Source: Octopus sinensis
Taxonomy: Eukaryota
Direction: 5' to 3'
Length of the DNA: 64,000 bases
NCBI RefSeq assembly: GCF_006345805.1
Contig: NC_043013.1
Location: forward strand, 16,678,001-16,742,000
The position numbers were made by a program, and so were the translations under genes. A model generated the notes under the pieces. The model made no database searches and was not told the DNA's origin. It saw only the letters and a list, made by a program, of their open reading frames with translations. Positions 1-12,360 of this stretch are shown here, one piece after another. The stretch's first letter is position 1. Each line of letters starts with the position of its first letter.

Positions 1-455
1 ACTGCCGACAAGTGGTATAATCACCACCCTGAGGCTGTAACTGAAGGAGAAAATGTAACCATTCTGTGGGACTTTCCAGTACATACAGACCGAACCATCA
101 AGGCCAATAAACCAGATATTGTTGTGAAAGACCAAAACAATAAAGTTTGCTTATTGATCGACATGAGCATCCCCTGTGATCATAATATCTCAGCGAAAGA
201 GTTTGACAAGCTCAGAAAATATAAAGACCTACTCATTGAAATTGAGAAAATGTGGCATCTCAAGGCGGTTACAATACCAGTGATCGTAGGAGCACTAGGA
301 ATGATCAAGAAGGGAACCGAAAATTATATGAGAATGATCCCTGGCTTACCATCCCTGCAAGAAGTGCAAAAGATTGTCTTAACTGGTACATCACACGTAT
401 TGAGAAGAGCATTGTCGATGTGAGAACTGTTGCTGCTCATGTATTTTAATTTAAC

Positions 456-486
<31 letters not shown>

Positions 487-606
487 AACGAACTACTGAG
501 TTTGGTTTAATGGCCTACCAATATACACTATGAGTTTCTTTGCCCTAGGAGTCGGGAAGACACTCGGCAAGAAATGGAAGAAAATTTGAAAGAAGAAAAA
601 AAAAAG
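1..606 (+). mobile_element. 3' end of an R4/Dong-clade non-LTR retrotransposon (restriction-like endonuclease C-terminus plus 3' UTR)
   Basis: Frame 1 is open from base 1 to TGA at 421-423: KWYNHHP..ILWDFPVHTDRTIKANKPDIVV..LLIDMSIP..KEFDKLRKYKDL..PVIVGALG, a PD-(D/E)xK RLE signature. The element ends directly on a (TAA)n tract at 607-634, the known Dong/R4-type target. Confidence 0.85.
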
Positions 607-735
607 TAATAATAATAATAATAATAATAATAATACCACCACCACCTTAGGAATGAAAACCTGATGAAGGCTGAAATGTTGTGTTAACAACAAACAAGAT
701 GAGGACAAATATCCATCAATTGTAAATAATGTTTA
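607..735 (+). mobile_element. 3' part of a tRNA-head/(AAT)n/hammerhead-like-tail repeat (same family as 37768-38005)
   Basis: TTAGGAATGA..CCTGATGAAGGCTG..AACAAACAAGATGAGGACAAATATCCATCAA matches the segment at 37880-38000. Confidence 0.65.
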
Positions 736-746
736 ACACCCTAAGC

Positions 747-3581
747 CAGGGGTCTCCAAAGTACGGCCCGCCAAGGTTTTTGAACCGGCCCGCCAAGCTG
801 TCCTCTAAAATTATAAAACAAATGTCGAAAAACAAGCCTTGCCGAAATCATACAAAAACAAATATACTTTACACCCCTTTTAATACGTTTGACAAATATA
901 GTACAGCAAATAGACGCAAGACGACGCTAATTGATTTGCCATCAATTAATGTCTTTAAATTGCGCCGGCGAATTAAAAATTTATACACTAAACTTTAGTG
1001 TAAATATAGGTTCTTTTCCACTCCCCCCGTTTTAACTGACCCATCAGAACCACCATAAAATGAATTAACTTCGCTATGGAGCTACCTATCATTCATCTTA
1101 GATAATAGGCGATTGTCAGTGAGATGGATGGTGCTGCTTACAATGAAGCAGAGATTCAATTTCTAGCTTTATTGATGTCGCAGAAAAGTCAACCTATTCC
1201 GTCAACTGTCGAGAGAGCAGATACGACAAGTATGACGTTAATAAAAGTCCCGTGCCTAGTATAATAAAAGAAGACAATATCGATTTATCGATGTTACCTA
1301 CATCTCACGAGCGATGAATAGAGAGGGTTGAGCCTGACGTTGTGTGGTGGTTTCTAATCCTGGTGCAGTCGCCAATCAGCGTGGAGTAAAGTTCGATGCG
1401 CATTCCGTCAGTCAGCACAGACTTGGCATTTTCGTTGTGCACAAGTGTGAGTCATTTGTCGTCGTCGCTGCCGAAGTGAATGCACGTATCGAGTGACCTG
1501 TGAATATTGTTTTTACTTGTTTCGTCCTTTTACATATATCGTCGAGCAAAATCTGTCGACCCATGGTAAAAATGTCAGCTCAAGGAAGAAAACGAAAAAT
1601 CGACTCTGAGTGTAGAGTTTTTAAGGAACAATGGAACATAGACTATTTTGTCATAGAGTCAAACAACAAGGCACTATGCATTATATGCACCGACACAATT
1701 GCAGTACTTAAAGAGTACAATATTCGGAGACATTATGAAAAAAAGCATTCATCACAGTACTACCAATTCATTGGACAGCTACGTAAAGAGAAATTTGACA
1801 AATTAAAGAAGAATTTATCATCAATGCAGTTTGTTTTCAAGAAGAAGGCTGTAGAAAAAGAGAGAGCAACAAGAGCAAGCTTCCATGTTGCTAACCTTTT
1901 GGCGAAGAAAGGTAAGCCATTTACAGATGGTGAACTTATTAAAAAGTGCTTGAATGAGGTAGCTAAGGAAATGTGTCCAGAAAACGTAGATTTATTTTCC
2001 GCAATTAGTCTTTCTGCGAACACTGTTGCTCGTAGGGTTGAACATATTGAAAGAAATATTAAATCACAGCTAAAAGACAAAGCCAACAAGTTTGTATGCT
2101 TTTCTGTTGCACTTGATGAGTCAATTGATGTATCAGACACATCCCAATTGTTATTGTTCATCAGAGGAATAAATGCCAATTTTGAGATTACTGAGGAACT
2201 TGTATCTGTGCACAGCATGCATGGAACAACAACAGGCATAGATATTTTTAGAGAAGTGGAAAAGTCAGTGGCTGAGTATAATTTGGAATGGAAAAAACTA
2301 AAATGCATAACAACAGATGGTGGCAGAAATATGTGTGGAACCAAAAAGGGCTTAGTTGGGCAAATTAACAAAGTAATTGAGAATTCCGGTGGATTGAAAC
2401 CTTTGGTATTGCATTGTATTCTTCATCAGCAAGCACTGTGTGGAAAGCATCTTGATTTATCATCTGTATTAGATCCTGTGATTTCCACTGTTAACTACAT
2501 AAGATCTCATGGACTCAAACATCGCCAATTTCGTGATTTCTTGGAGGAAATGAATGCTGAGTTTCCAGACCTACCTTACTATACTTCAGTAAGATGGCTT
2601 AGCTATGGAAAAATTCTGGCTAGATTTTTTGAGCTTCGAACTGAAATTGAAATATTTTTAAATGAGAAAAACCATTCACAGGTGTTGCTCAAAGACAGTG
2701 AATGGCTCTGGAAATTAGCATTTTCAGCCGATTTAACTATGCATCTCAATGATTTCAACCTACGGATACAAGGTGAAACTTCACTCATCTGTGATTTGTA
2801 CTCAAAGGTGAAAGCTTTTCGTAAGAAATTAATACTATTTGAAAGTCAGTTAACAAGAAGCTGCTTTACTCATTTTTCACGATGTGACAAATAAGACAGA
2901 AGCTGCCACTCCATTTCCAAACTTGTTTGCTCAAGATGTCATTTTAGCTTTGAAACAACAGTTTGAAGAACGTTTTTCTGATCTTGATGCATGTTCTTCA
3001 AAACTAAGAATTTTTGAAAATCCATTTAACTCTGTTATTGGAGACTTACCTTCTGAGTTACAAATGGAAGTTATTGATTTGCAATCCAATGACATCCTGA
3101 AGGACAAATATAAAGAGGGAAATTTGATTGAATTCTACAAATGCCTTCCATCCGACCAATTTCTTCATTTAAGGAGGTTTGCCTGTGAATTCATTTCAGT
3201 TTTTGGCACCACATATTTGTGTGAGAAGACTTTTTCAAAGATGAAATACACAAAATCCTGCTACAGATCACAATTGTCTGATGAACATTTAAATGCATTG
3301 CTTGTTATTGGAACCACTCATTTTGAACCTCAGTTGGACAAAATTTTGTCAGAAATGAAACAATTTCATGTTTCCCCTATTGATCAAAGTTAAAAAAAAC
3401 ATGTTAATTGTTACTGATATTATATACATTGTGATTATGTACTGAATAAATAACCTTTTTTAATTATTAATTCACTATTTATTTATATTATTTTGGTAAA
3501 TAAATAATTTAGAACCTTGGCCCCCGTAGCTTTAAAAATTCAGCAATGTGGCCCTCCGCTGGAAAACTTTGGAGACCCCTG
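747..3581 (+). mobile_element. Full-length hAT DNA transposon, Buster/Charlie/SPIN-like (2835 bp)
   Basis: Perfect 16-bp TIRs: CAGGGGTCTCCAAAGT (747-762) and ACTTTGGAGACCCCTG (3566-3581). Perfect 8-bp TSD CCCTAAGC (739-746, 3582-3589) with central TA, typical of the Buster group. Contains an internal transposase. Confidence 0.96.
1563..3393 (+). pseudogene. hAT transposase (SPIN/GTF2IRD2-like, about 600 aa) broken by one frameshift near 2885-2894
   Basis: KRKIDSECRVFKEQW N-terminus, BED-like C..C/H..H, catalytic LDES and TTDGG, HCILHQQAL and VRWLS in ORF 1500-2894. The C-terminal YLCEKTFS..KSCYRSQLSDEHL continues in ORF 2884-3393 in another frame. Confidence 0.92.
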
Positions 3582-3599
3582 CCCTAAGCAATCAGCCAC

Positions 3600-4140
3600 A
3601 GCTCCCTATTTGATGTATGTGTGTCTTTTAAGATTGTCTTTGGAATGCCTGGTTGATTAGATCTCACATCCATACACCAGCACAGTTAAGACATGCTTGA
3701 AAGACCACGACTTTTGTTGCTTCTTTGATATTTGAATGTGACCAGAGCTTCGATTCAAGTTTTCTAAATGTTTCACAGGCCCCAGAAAATCTATAACTAA
3801 CTTCTTCATCAAATGTATTAAATCTAGATAATATACTACCAAGGTAGACGAATGTATCCACAACTTTCTACTCTTGTTGTGTGCTGATGGAGGGATATAT
3901 GACTTGTTTGTGCTGGTTGTAGCACAACTACAGTCTTCTTAAGACTGGTTGTAAGTCCAAATTCATCGCACATCAATCCATCAAGAGCTGCAGGCCTTCC
4001 TCAGAGGGGCTTACAAGATTGCAATCATTAGTTTAAAGAAGATCATGAATGAGAACCATGAAAGTTTCTGTTACAACAGTGAAATGACAGATGTTGAAAA
4101 GCTTTCCTATTGTTCCATAATGCATGTAGATATCAGCACA
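3600..4140 (-). mobile_element. Degenerate RTE-clade LINE reverse transcriptase fragment
   Basis: VDTFVYLGSILSR..DEEVSYR..FRKLESKLW..TKVVVF..LVYGCE is the post-RT motif typical of RTE ORF2; the fragment is frameshifted. Confidence 0.7.
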
Positions 4141-4249
4141 TTTATGTACAAAGGCTTGCAAGATTACATACGTTCATGCACACACACACATTGGATTACC
4201 TAAGATATATGTTTGGTTTTGTTAAGCAAAAATAAGACACAGAGTGATT

Positions 4250-4640
4250 TATTCAATCAATGATAAAATTACCATTTTGTCCCAGCGTCTTCTACCATCT
4301 GGTAGGCAGATACATTATTCCCTGCTCAAATAATTTCCTGTCTTTACTGGCAAAAAAAACTCCTCAAGGTGAATTTTTACGTTCAATGAAATTCAAAGAA
4401 GCAAGGTTGAGCAAATATGGACGATACAGCTAAACTTCCCATCTAAGCACTGTAACTTCTGTTGCACCTGAAAAGAAATGTTCAGTCTTGCATTGTCATG
4501 ATGAAAGACAATGCCCTTATGATTTGTGAGTGCTGGATGCTTCTAGTGGATCACTGCATTTAATTTATCCAGCTGGGCACTGTACACATCTGAATTGATG
4601 GTCCTGTCCCTTGAAAGAAGCACATAAAAGACAACACCCT
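4250..4640 (-). mobile_element. Degenerate mariner transposase fragment
   Basis: The reverse strand reads VYSAQLDKLNAVIH*KHP..KGIVFHHDNAR, the mariner HDNARPH motif, with stops. Confidence 0.7.
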
Positions 4641-4644
4641 TTCA

Positions 4645-4921
4645 TTTAGTTTAGTTAGTTAGTTAGTTAGTTTTTTGGCTCAAAAAGCAAAAAGCAAGGC
4701 CATGTAGGGGGACATGGAGTTATGTACAGGGTGGTGTTCATGTAAAGAGTTCAGGCCATTTCTGGTCAAGAGAGACTTTGAACCGAGCAGTCGTCGGCAT
4801 CTTCACTATCTCGTCCGGCAGCTTATTCCACGGATCCGCAACCCAGACGGAGAAAGCCCCTCTCCTTCGATTGAGATGAAATCGTCGCAGATAGAGCTTT
4901 TCGGAGTGACCCCGCAGTTGT
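4645..4921 (-). mobile_element. 5'-truncated CR1-clade LINE 3' end with (TAAC)n tail
   Basis: LRGHSEKLYLRRFHLNRRRGAFSV.VADPWNKLP motif followed by a (TAAC)n tail; closely similar to 29461-29890. Confidence 0.85.
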
Positions 4922-5812
4922 AATGCAATATATACACACACATATATACATATAAAGAATACAAAAAATGGTACAAAAACGCTACAGGTGACAACAAACC
5001 ATCCAGACAGATGATACAAAAAGGGACAAGAAAAAACAAGGATGGGTCATTTGTAGTTTTCTCTTCTCAGTCGAGTTCCAGATCATCTTTGCAGTTTCAG
5101 CTGGTTATACTTGAGACTGCTCCAATCTGGCCAACCCCAAAGAAAATCTAAGCTAAGAGTACTAGATTCTTTGGAAGAAAGCAGCAAATGTATACGAAAA
5201 CAAGGATGGAAAAAAAATGGAGAAATGGTACACAAATACAAGTGCAAACAACAGGACATTAACAACAGGTGTCTTTCGACTAAGGATGAATTACAAAATA
5301 AAAGAAGGAAAATGCATACACTTTACATGGTTTTAGTATATTTTATATTGTGTTTGTCGACTGGTTTCACTTTCGCTAATTATGACATTAAAATTATTGT
5401 AATTTCATATTTTCTTAAGAAGATTTTGGTCCATGTTTTGTGTGAAGAAGTTTGTCAAGGAATTACAATAATTTCAATGTCATAATTAGTTAAAATGAAA
5501 CCAGTTGACAAATACAATATGAAGTATATTAAAAAATATATTAAAGTGTATGCATTTTTCCTTCTTTTATTTTATATATATATACTTTGCATATTTATAC
5601 ACACACACAATGGATTATTTGATAATCTGAGAAGCAAGCTGTTGTCTCTTGCCTAATATGGAAAATGGTGACAGATTTATGGATTGATTTTTTAGATCAA
5701 TCTTATTAGGTGTCTGAATCGGGGATTGTAGTGGGAGCAGTTTTAGTTGTGGTGGTGGTAGTGCTGGTAATTGTGGAGTGCTGGTGGTGGTACTAGTGAT
5801 GATAGTGATGAT

Positions 5813-6042
5813 GGCGGTGAGCTGGCAGCATCGTTAGCATGCCGGGCGAAATGCCTAGCGGTATTTCGTCTGCGTTACGTTGTGAGTTCAAATTCCGCCG
5901 AGGTCGACTTTGCCTTTCATCCTTTCGGGGTCGATGAATTAAGTACCAGTTACGCACTGGGGTTGATGTAATCGACTTAATACCTATGTCTGTCCTTGTT
6001 TGTCCCCTCTGTGTTTAGCCCCTTGTGGGTAATAATGAAATA
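5813..6042 (+). mobile_element. SINE family A (tRNA-like head, Nin/Deu-like core GTCGACTTTGCCTTTCATCCTTTCGGGGTCGA)
   Basis: Recurs more than 10 times in the window. Flanked by the direct repeat GGTACTAGTGATGATAGT (5789-5806, 6043-6060). Confidence 0.85.
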
Positions 6043-6049
6043 GGTACTA

Positions 6050-6362
6050 GTGATGATAGTTGTGGTGGTGATGGTGGTGGTAGTTGTAGTTTTGGCTGTG
6101 ATGGTGGAGATAATTGTAATGGAGTCAGTAGTGAATTGTGATGGTAATAACGGTAGCAGTGGTTGTGGCGGGGCTGGTAGTCGAAGTGGTGGGGACTATA
6201 ATAATTGTATTTGTGGTGGTAGTGGTAGTAGTGGTGGTGATGGTTGTGGTAGTATTATTAGTTGTAGTAGTGGTGATGGGAACAATGAGAATGAAGGTAA
6301 CAGGTAGCAATTGTTATGGTATGAAGATGGTGGTGGTGGTGAGTGATGAAGATGGTAATGGT
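6050..6362. repeat. Degenerate (GGT/GAT/AGT)n low-complexity tract
   Basis: Trinucleotide composition; similar tracts at 7800-8000, 30560-30730, 35073-35190 and 61245-61500. Confidence 0.9.
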
Positions 6363-6728
6363 GTGGGCATATTGTTTTCTTATTCCTTATTCATTGGGCC
6401 TAGAGGAACAGACAATACCCATAGCCTTTAAGCTGGATGTCATTAATATTTTTCATTTACCATTGCAGAAAAGACAAAGACATGAGCAAAGACAGACATC
6501 CAGAGAGATGACATTCTGGGAAGCATGATTGAGTACAAAGATTAATGGGAGAGTGTATGTGTGTGCGGGGTGAAGTTGGACACAATGATGAGAGGAGGGG
6601 AAGCACAAAACCAGCTAGATCAAAAGAGCAGAGACCATTTTAGTCCAGGCAGAGGATTCAGAGAGAGGACAGAGCAAAATGCCTGTGAACCAGAAGCTGA
6701 TGTGTGCCGTTGAGTGATTTTATATTAA

Positions 6729-6950
6729 CCCTTTCGATACCAACCTGGCTGAAACCGCCTCTGGCTCTGTTGTACAAATGTCTTGTTTTCAAAAGTTCTG
6801 AATTAAAATCTTCCACCAAACCTTAGTCACAATTTATGTTCCTAACACTAGCTTAATGATAACTAAATTATTTTACTAAATTCTTTTGTATATTTAAAAT
6901 TAATTGAAAGAAACACAAAACATCTCAGCAGAAATACGGTAACAAAAGGG
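6729..6950. mobile_element. piggyBac-type MITE (222 bp)
   Basis: TTAA on both sides (6725-6728, 6951-6954). TIRs CCCTTTCGATACC and GGTAACAAAAGGG are 11/13 complementary. Confidence 0.8.
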
Positions 6951-7039
6951 TTAATCAGTTTTGATTGATATGAATCTTATAGTACTTTGGTAGTTACTAT
7001 TGCCATTGGTGTTCTTGTTGTTTAGTCCTAGTTAAAGGT

Positions 7040-7290
7040 AAAGGTACTTTCTCAAATTATACCAACTCATAAGGGTTGGTTTCCCAGTTCCGTAGCATAT
7101 ACATTCTCCACCTGGATGGGATGCCAGTCCATTATAGAATTACTCATTTTTGCTAGTTGAGTGAACTGGAGCAACATGAAATGAAGTGTTTTGCTCAAGA
7201 ACACAACGCATCGCCCAGTCCAGGAATCGAAACCACAATCTTACGATCATGAGTCCAACATGCTAACCACTAAGTCATGTACCTCCACTT
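7040..7290 (-). mobile_element. tRNA-derived SINE (V-SINE-like core GTGTTCTTGAGCAA)
   Basis: The reverse strand has A-box TGACTTAGTGG and B-box GGTTTCGATTCC, followed by a core shared with 22124-22455. Confidence 0.65.
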
Positions 7291-7809
7291 AGTCCCGGAA
7301 TAGATCTATGATTCAAAGAGGTATACCAACTATGTTACTATTCTGTCTTTTTATTTCAGTGTATATCGTGTATCTTAAACTATGCATCTTTCTTTTTTAT
7401 AAGACAAAAAGAGATTTGGCTGCTATTTTTTTTAGCAGGTTGAATGACCTCATAATGACAACCATGTTAATTCATTTGATAGTAGGTGCTATCATTATTT
7501 AACCCCAGATCAGCCCTGAACAAGCAGACCTATTATCAAAGACTGCCTAGCCATGAAAATCCTGTTTTTACACTTAGAGCAGGAACCCAGTGCTATATTA
7601 TTCAATGCCTTTTTCATGGTTTTAAGGATATTTGGCTGTTATTTTTTGCCAGTTCAATAACCACATAGAAGCCTTCCTATTTGTCAGTTGGTGATGACCC
7701 TTTGACCTGAGATCAGAGCTGGCTTGTGACATACAGTGGACTAAAACCTACTTCCAAATCTATTTTCTACACATTCCATACCATCCCTGTCCAGTGGAAG
7801 TGGTGATGC

Positions 7810-7842
<33 letters not shown>

Positions 7843-8896
7843 CAGCAGCAGCAGCAGTCATATTAATGGTGGTTATAGGGGTGTTGGTGGTAGTAATAGT
7901 GATGGTTGTGGTGGTGATGGCAGTGGTAGTAGTAGTGATGGTGGAATGATAGTGGAGATGGTGGTGGTGGTAGTAGTATTTAGTAGTAGTGGTAATAAGT
8001 CAGCCCTGTTCAAGCAAACCTACAATCAAATGTTGTTCCAGCCGTGTCCATCCTATCTTTTATATTTTCATACTACATGATTCAGTTTCCTTCTTATTTT
8101 CTGGCAATAAGGTGTAATGAGAGATTTGGCTGCTATTTCTTGCAAGTCGAATGACTACAGATACTCTTTTGTTGACTAGTAGTAGTTGTTGTTCAACTCC
8201 ACGTCAGACCCTGTCTTCCAATCAACGATATTTCAGCAGTTATCATCCCCTGTATTCCAGACTACATTACCCTGTTGATCGGTATGTCCCTCTCTTTTTC
8301 CGATAGTATCCAAGAGGGAAATGGTTGTTTTATTTTGCCCCAAGCCATACCTTACTCAGGAGCTTCTAATATTATGATTTGAAGGAAACATGACTACTAT
8401 TTCTAGCATGTTGATTAACCACACAGTATCCCACCCTTGCTAGCTCATCATCAAATGATTCATCTCATAGGTTGGTATACTGGTAGGGTGTGGAGGTCCG
8501 GATCTGTCGTGGTTTCAAGCACCCAGCATAACTTCTCATTACTTTTTTATTCTTTGGAATTTTCAGAAAATTTTTGCGAATCTGTTCTACACATGGGAAT
8601 TCATACGATTATTTTTTTTTATTATTTTTACCCACCCATTTCTTAAATTCTAAAATATCCACACTTTTTCGAATTTTTTTTTTTTTAAATCAAAGTTTAA
8701 AATACGAACAGTCTGAATATTTTTGCTTAAATCCTAACAATGAAAAATTAAATGTGTTTATGGGGAGAAAAATGTTGAAAAACATCAATACATATCAGAA
8801 TGACAAAATAAAAAAAGAGGAAAGTCTCAGGTGGTCGTGTGATGTGCTAAAAACAGCTAAATCGACTTTAAATTACACACACACACACAAAAAGCA

Positions 8897-9282
8897 GGCG
8901 TGACTGTGTGGTAAGAAGCTTGCTTCTCAACCACATGGTTCCGGGTGGCACCTAGGTCAAGAGTCGTCTATTACGGCCTCGGGCTGACCAAAGCCTTGCG
9001 AGTGGATTTGATTGACGGAAACTGAAAGAAGCCCGTTGTATATGTGTGTGTGTGTGTGTCTGTCTGTCTGTCTGTGTACCCCCACCCCGCCATCGCTTGA
9101 CAACCGATGCTAGAGTGTTTATATCACCGTAACTTAGCGGTTCGGGAAAAGAGACCGATAGAATAAGTATTAGGCTTACAAAGAATAAGTGCTGGTGTCG
9201 AATTCTTCGACTGAAACCCTTAAAGGCGGTTCCCTATTATGGCTGCAGTCAAGTGACTGAAACAAGTAATGGAATAAAAGAA
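8897..9282 (+). mobile_element. SINE family B (tRNA head, CORE-like CCTTGGGCAAGT, internal (TG/TA)n)
   Basis: Matches copies at 20911, 21417, 24098, 27590(-), 40161, 45418, 52520(-) and 55027. Confidence 0.8.
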
Positions 9283-11118
9283 TAATGGTATGAATTCGCG
9301 TGTACAGAACACGAATTCGCAAAAACCTGAAGATTCCAAAGCCCTAATAAAGTTATGAAGTATATGGGGAGCTTAAACCAGAATTCCGCCGGAAAAAATG
9401 TAGTCCCTGATACACAAAAAAGAACGGGTGGTCACGGATCGAACACGTTTGATCATAACCTGTTCAATTAAAAGTGACCCGAGGTTATGGGGCCTTTGCG
9501 TGGTCGCTGAAACTGTTAATAAAGGGATCTTTAAAAATATGGAATGACATGTGTTTGGCATGCCTTTGTTCATAGATCTGCTTGACCAGGGCTGATCTAA
9601 GGTTAAATAACATCGGAAGTTCGTTGCTTAGTGCCAGATCAATCATGAGAATGCAGGTTTTTGCAAAGACCCAAACAGGTTGATAGCAGTTAAGAGAAGC
9701 TTCAAAAGCGGTGTTTCATGTTTGATGTTAGCTCTTAATATTTTTCCATCATGACATGTTAACAAAGGTAGTGAGAGAATGTGAAAGAATAAATCGCGAT
9801 TATCTCTGTTGACAAATAAGTACAAAGTTGTCCGCAAAGTTGTCGGCTAGATCAGTACTGTTCGAAACATTCCGACCATGACCATCCCATGTTTTTTTCC
9901 TACATGCAGGGAAACCAAGAGTGTCTTGTTTTATGACTGAGATTTCCACCTGGTTACGCGACCACGTAAAGGATCCGGTACTGGCTCTTCTACACAGACA
10001 GACAGCTAGAAAGATAGACAGACAGATAGATAGCGAGAGGGTGCAACCAGAAGGTAAAAACAATGATATACAGAGCGATAGTAAGCGATCCAGAGAACAA
10101 GGGGACTCAAGATAAGTAGGTAAGCAGATAAGGGAACAGGATGATACACAGGACATAAGGAAGTTCCCTATAAAAATGAGGGATAGAGTGGTATACAGGA
10201 CAGATAGCTACAGAGAGAGGGGAGGGTGTGTGTATATATGTATATATTGTGCAGAAGAGCAGGTAGTTGTGAAAAGAGAGAGATAATATGAATGTGTGTG
10301 AGTGGTAGGTAGTCTCCCGAAGAGTGTGGGAGTGTGTTGTGGAGAGGACAGGTAGGTACCCAGAGAGAGAAAAGGCGACAAAGACAGGAGTTAATAAGAA
10401 ATACTGTCCCCCTGTCACAGAGATAGAGGGAGTAAGACTCACAGAGAGAGAGAGAGAGCTGAAAGGGTAGAGTGACAGAGTGAGAGAGGAGCAGTAAGAC
10501 AAAGAATTGAGGTAGAGAGAGAGAGAGAGAAAGAAAGAAATAAACAGCTTGTATGTGTGTATGCATGTGTCGTACAAAGAGAGGGAGAAATTTCCATTAT
10601 ATATACACATACTGAGTCACACACATATACATACATCTCATGTGTATGTATATATAAGAAAACTACAGCTACCGGCACATACATACATACATACACACAC
10701 AGCATGGCATGGACGTCGTTTTTAAGAGGACAGTAAGTGTTTATTATTATCTTGTAATCATTCGCTTTATTTCTTCAATTTATTTCCTGACGAATGAACA
10801 AGGGAACCGATATGTGATCACTCCACCTATTGCTAGAAACAACAACCAAATCTCCCTCAAATCACCACCTCCTCATTGCATAATGTAGTCCAGGATATAA
10901 TAAGAGGCCTGAAAAAAGTAGACGGAATGGTCATAGTTGGAATATTTTAAATCATGAGTCTATTCAATCAGGGACATTAACCTATTCCTTCTGCTACCCT
11001 ACTTTCTTTACAAATTCGTTTAATTTTTTCATTTGTTTTCCCTGCGTAAATTATATCCTTTCTGTTTATTACTAAAATCGTGAATATTTTAATGTTAGTG
11101 AGAATGGTTTTACAATAG

Positions 11119-11173
<55 letters not shown>

Positions 11174-12171
11174 GATAAACAGATTCACGTAAATGCATGT
11201 TCGTATGTATATATGTATAGATACGAACATGCATTTACGTGGATCTGTCTATCTATTGATCTATCATTATATTCAGATTTTCGCTTATATTAGACAAAAT
11301 ATATCGTGTACAAATTGCATCTATCTATCTATATATATAACATCGAAATTTTGCCATATATATATATTTAACGTACATTTACACGTGTGCTCGCACCCAC
11401 ATGTGTGAAAGGCTAAGATAGGTAGAGTGTAATTAATTGATGATGAAAAAAGTGTGGGGTGGGGAATAAAGCCTTTTCACATTTTTCCAATACCCCAACA
11501 ATATAGGATATAAAAATATTTCCGGATTCTTCAGATAATTCTCGATGTTAACAGATTATTCAAATACCCTTAAAGAAACAACCAGTGTTTACGTGGTCGT
11601 TCAATCTGCCTGAAAAAGCAGCAAAATCTCCCTCCAGTCGTAGCCCAGCCGCCTTAAAATGATAGACACGTTTGATAATTTTGAATAGTTTTGTTCTCGG
11701 TGCACTGTCTCAAAAACGAAAATAAAATTTTTTTAATGAGGTGGTTACGACTGGAGGGCTTTTGATCATAGGTTTCTTCGACCAGGGTTGATCAGAAGAA
11801 GGATCTGAATGCTACCACTCCTGCCACCACCTTTAACAGGTAGAAAAGACACAAATACATTCACCTTACATATAAATACACCACGTAAACAAGTTTGAAC
11901 AGTGTTGTCTCACGAGTAATTAATATTTTGTGTATCGATTTCTTATACACTCAGCTGTTGATTTTTTTCCCTCATACCAATTGCTGATTTCGCGGTCTCA
12001 AGTAATTTGTTACTTTTGGTTTATTTTATTATTTAAACTGCATTTTAATTTTTTTTTCTTACTTATTTATTCTAATACTTACCCAATTAAAAATTTGCAT
12101 CAATATTAAAAAAAAAAAAACTAAGATCACCACATGCTGTCCCCCAGCAAGTGATATTGGTGAAACATGAA

Positions 12172-12200
<29 letters not shown>

Positions 12201-12202
<2 letters not shown>

Positions 12203-12360
12203 CAGGGGTCTCAAATAATTTGGACGAATTTTTGTGGTAAGTTTTATTTAAGAAAGAATGGAGATAATTCTCATCACATTGTCAGTATATAACAGTATAA
12301 TGCCGCCATCGCTATGCACACCGTGGCTTTTCTCAGTGCGACCAGTTCCCATGTTCAGAA
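12201..12360. mobile_element. Probable Tc1/mariner terminal fragment
   Basis: TA followed by CAGGGGTCTCAAATAATTTGGACG, a mariner-like TIR start after a (TG)n tract; no partner end seen. Confidence 0.4.

Noticed and set aside
1760-2371. 203-aa antisense ORF in the hAT element, and antisense ORF 61642-61998
   Set aside because: Shadow ORFs opposite real coding sequence.
6050-6431. Poly-V/G/T ORFs, and similar poly-H/V/M ORFs at 30507-30800, 35075-35257 and 61213-61491
   Set aside because: Trinucleotide low-complexity tracts with no splice or domain support.
8772-8830. ATG...CTCAG|gtggtc as the phase-2 first exon of PEPCK
   Set aside because: The donor lies at the start of a dispersed repeat, the peptide is acidic and unlike a presequence, and there is no other support.
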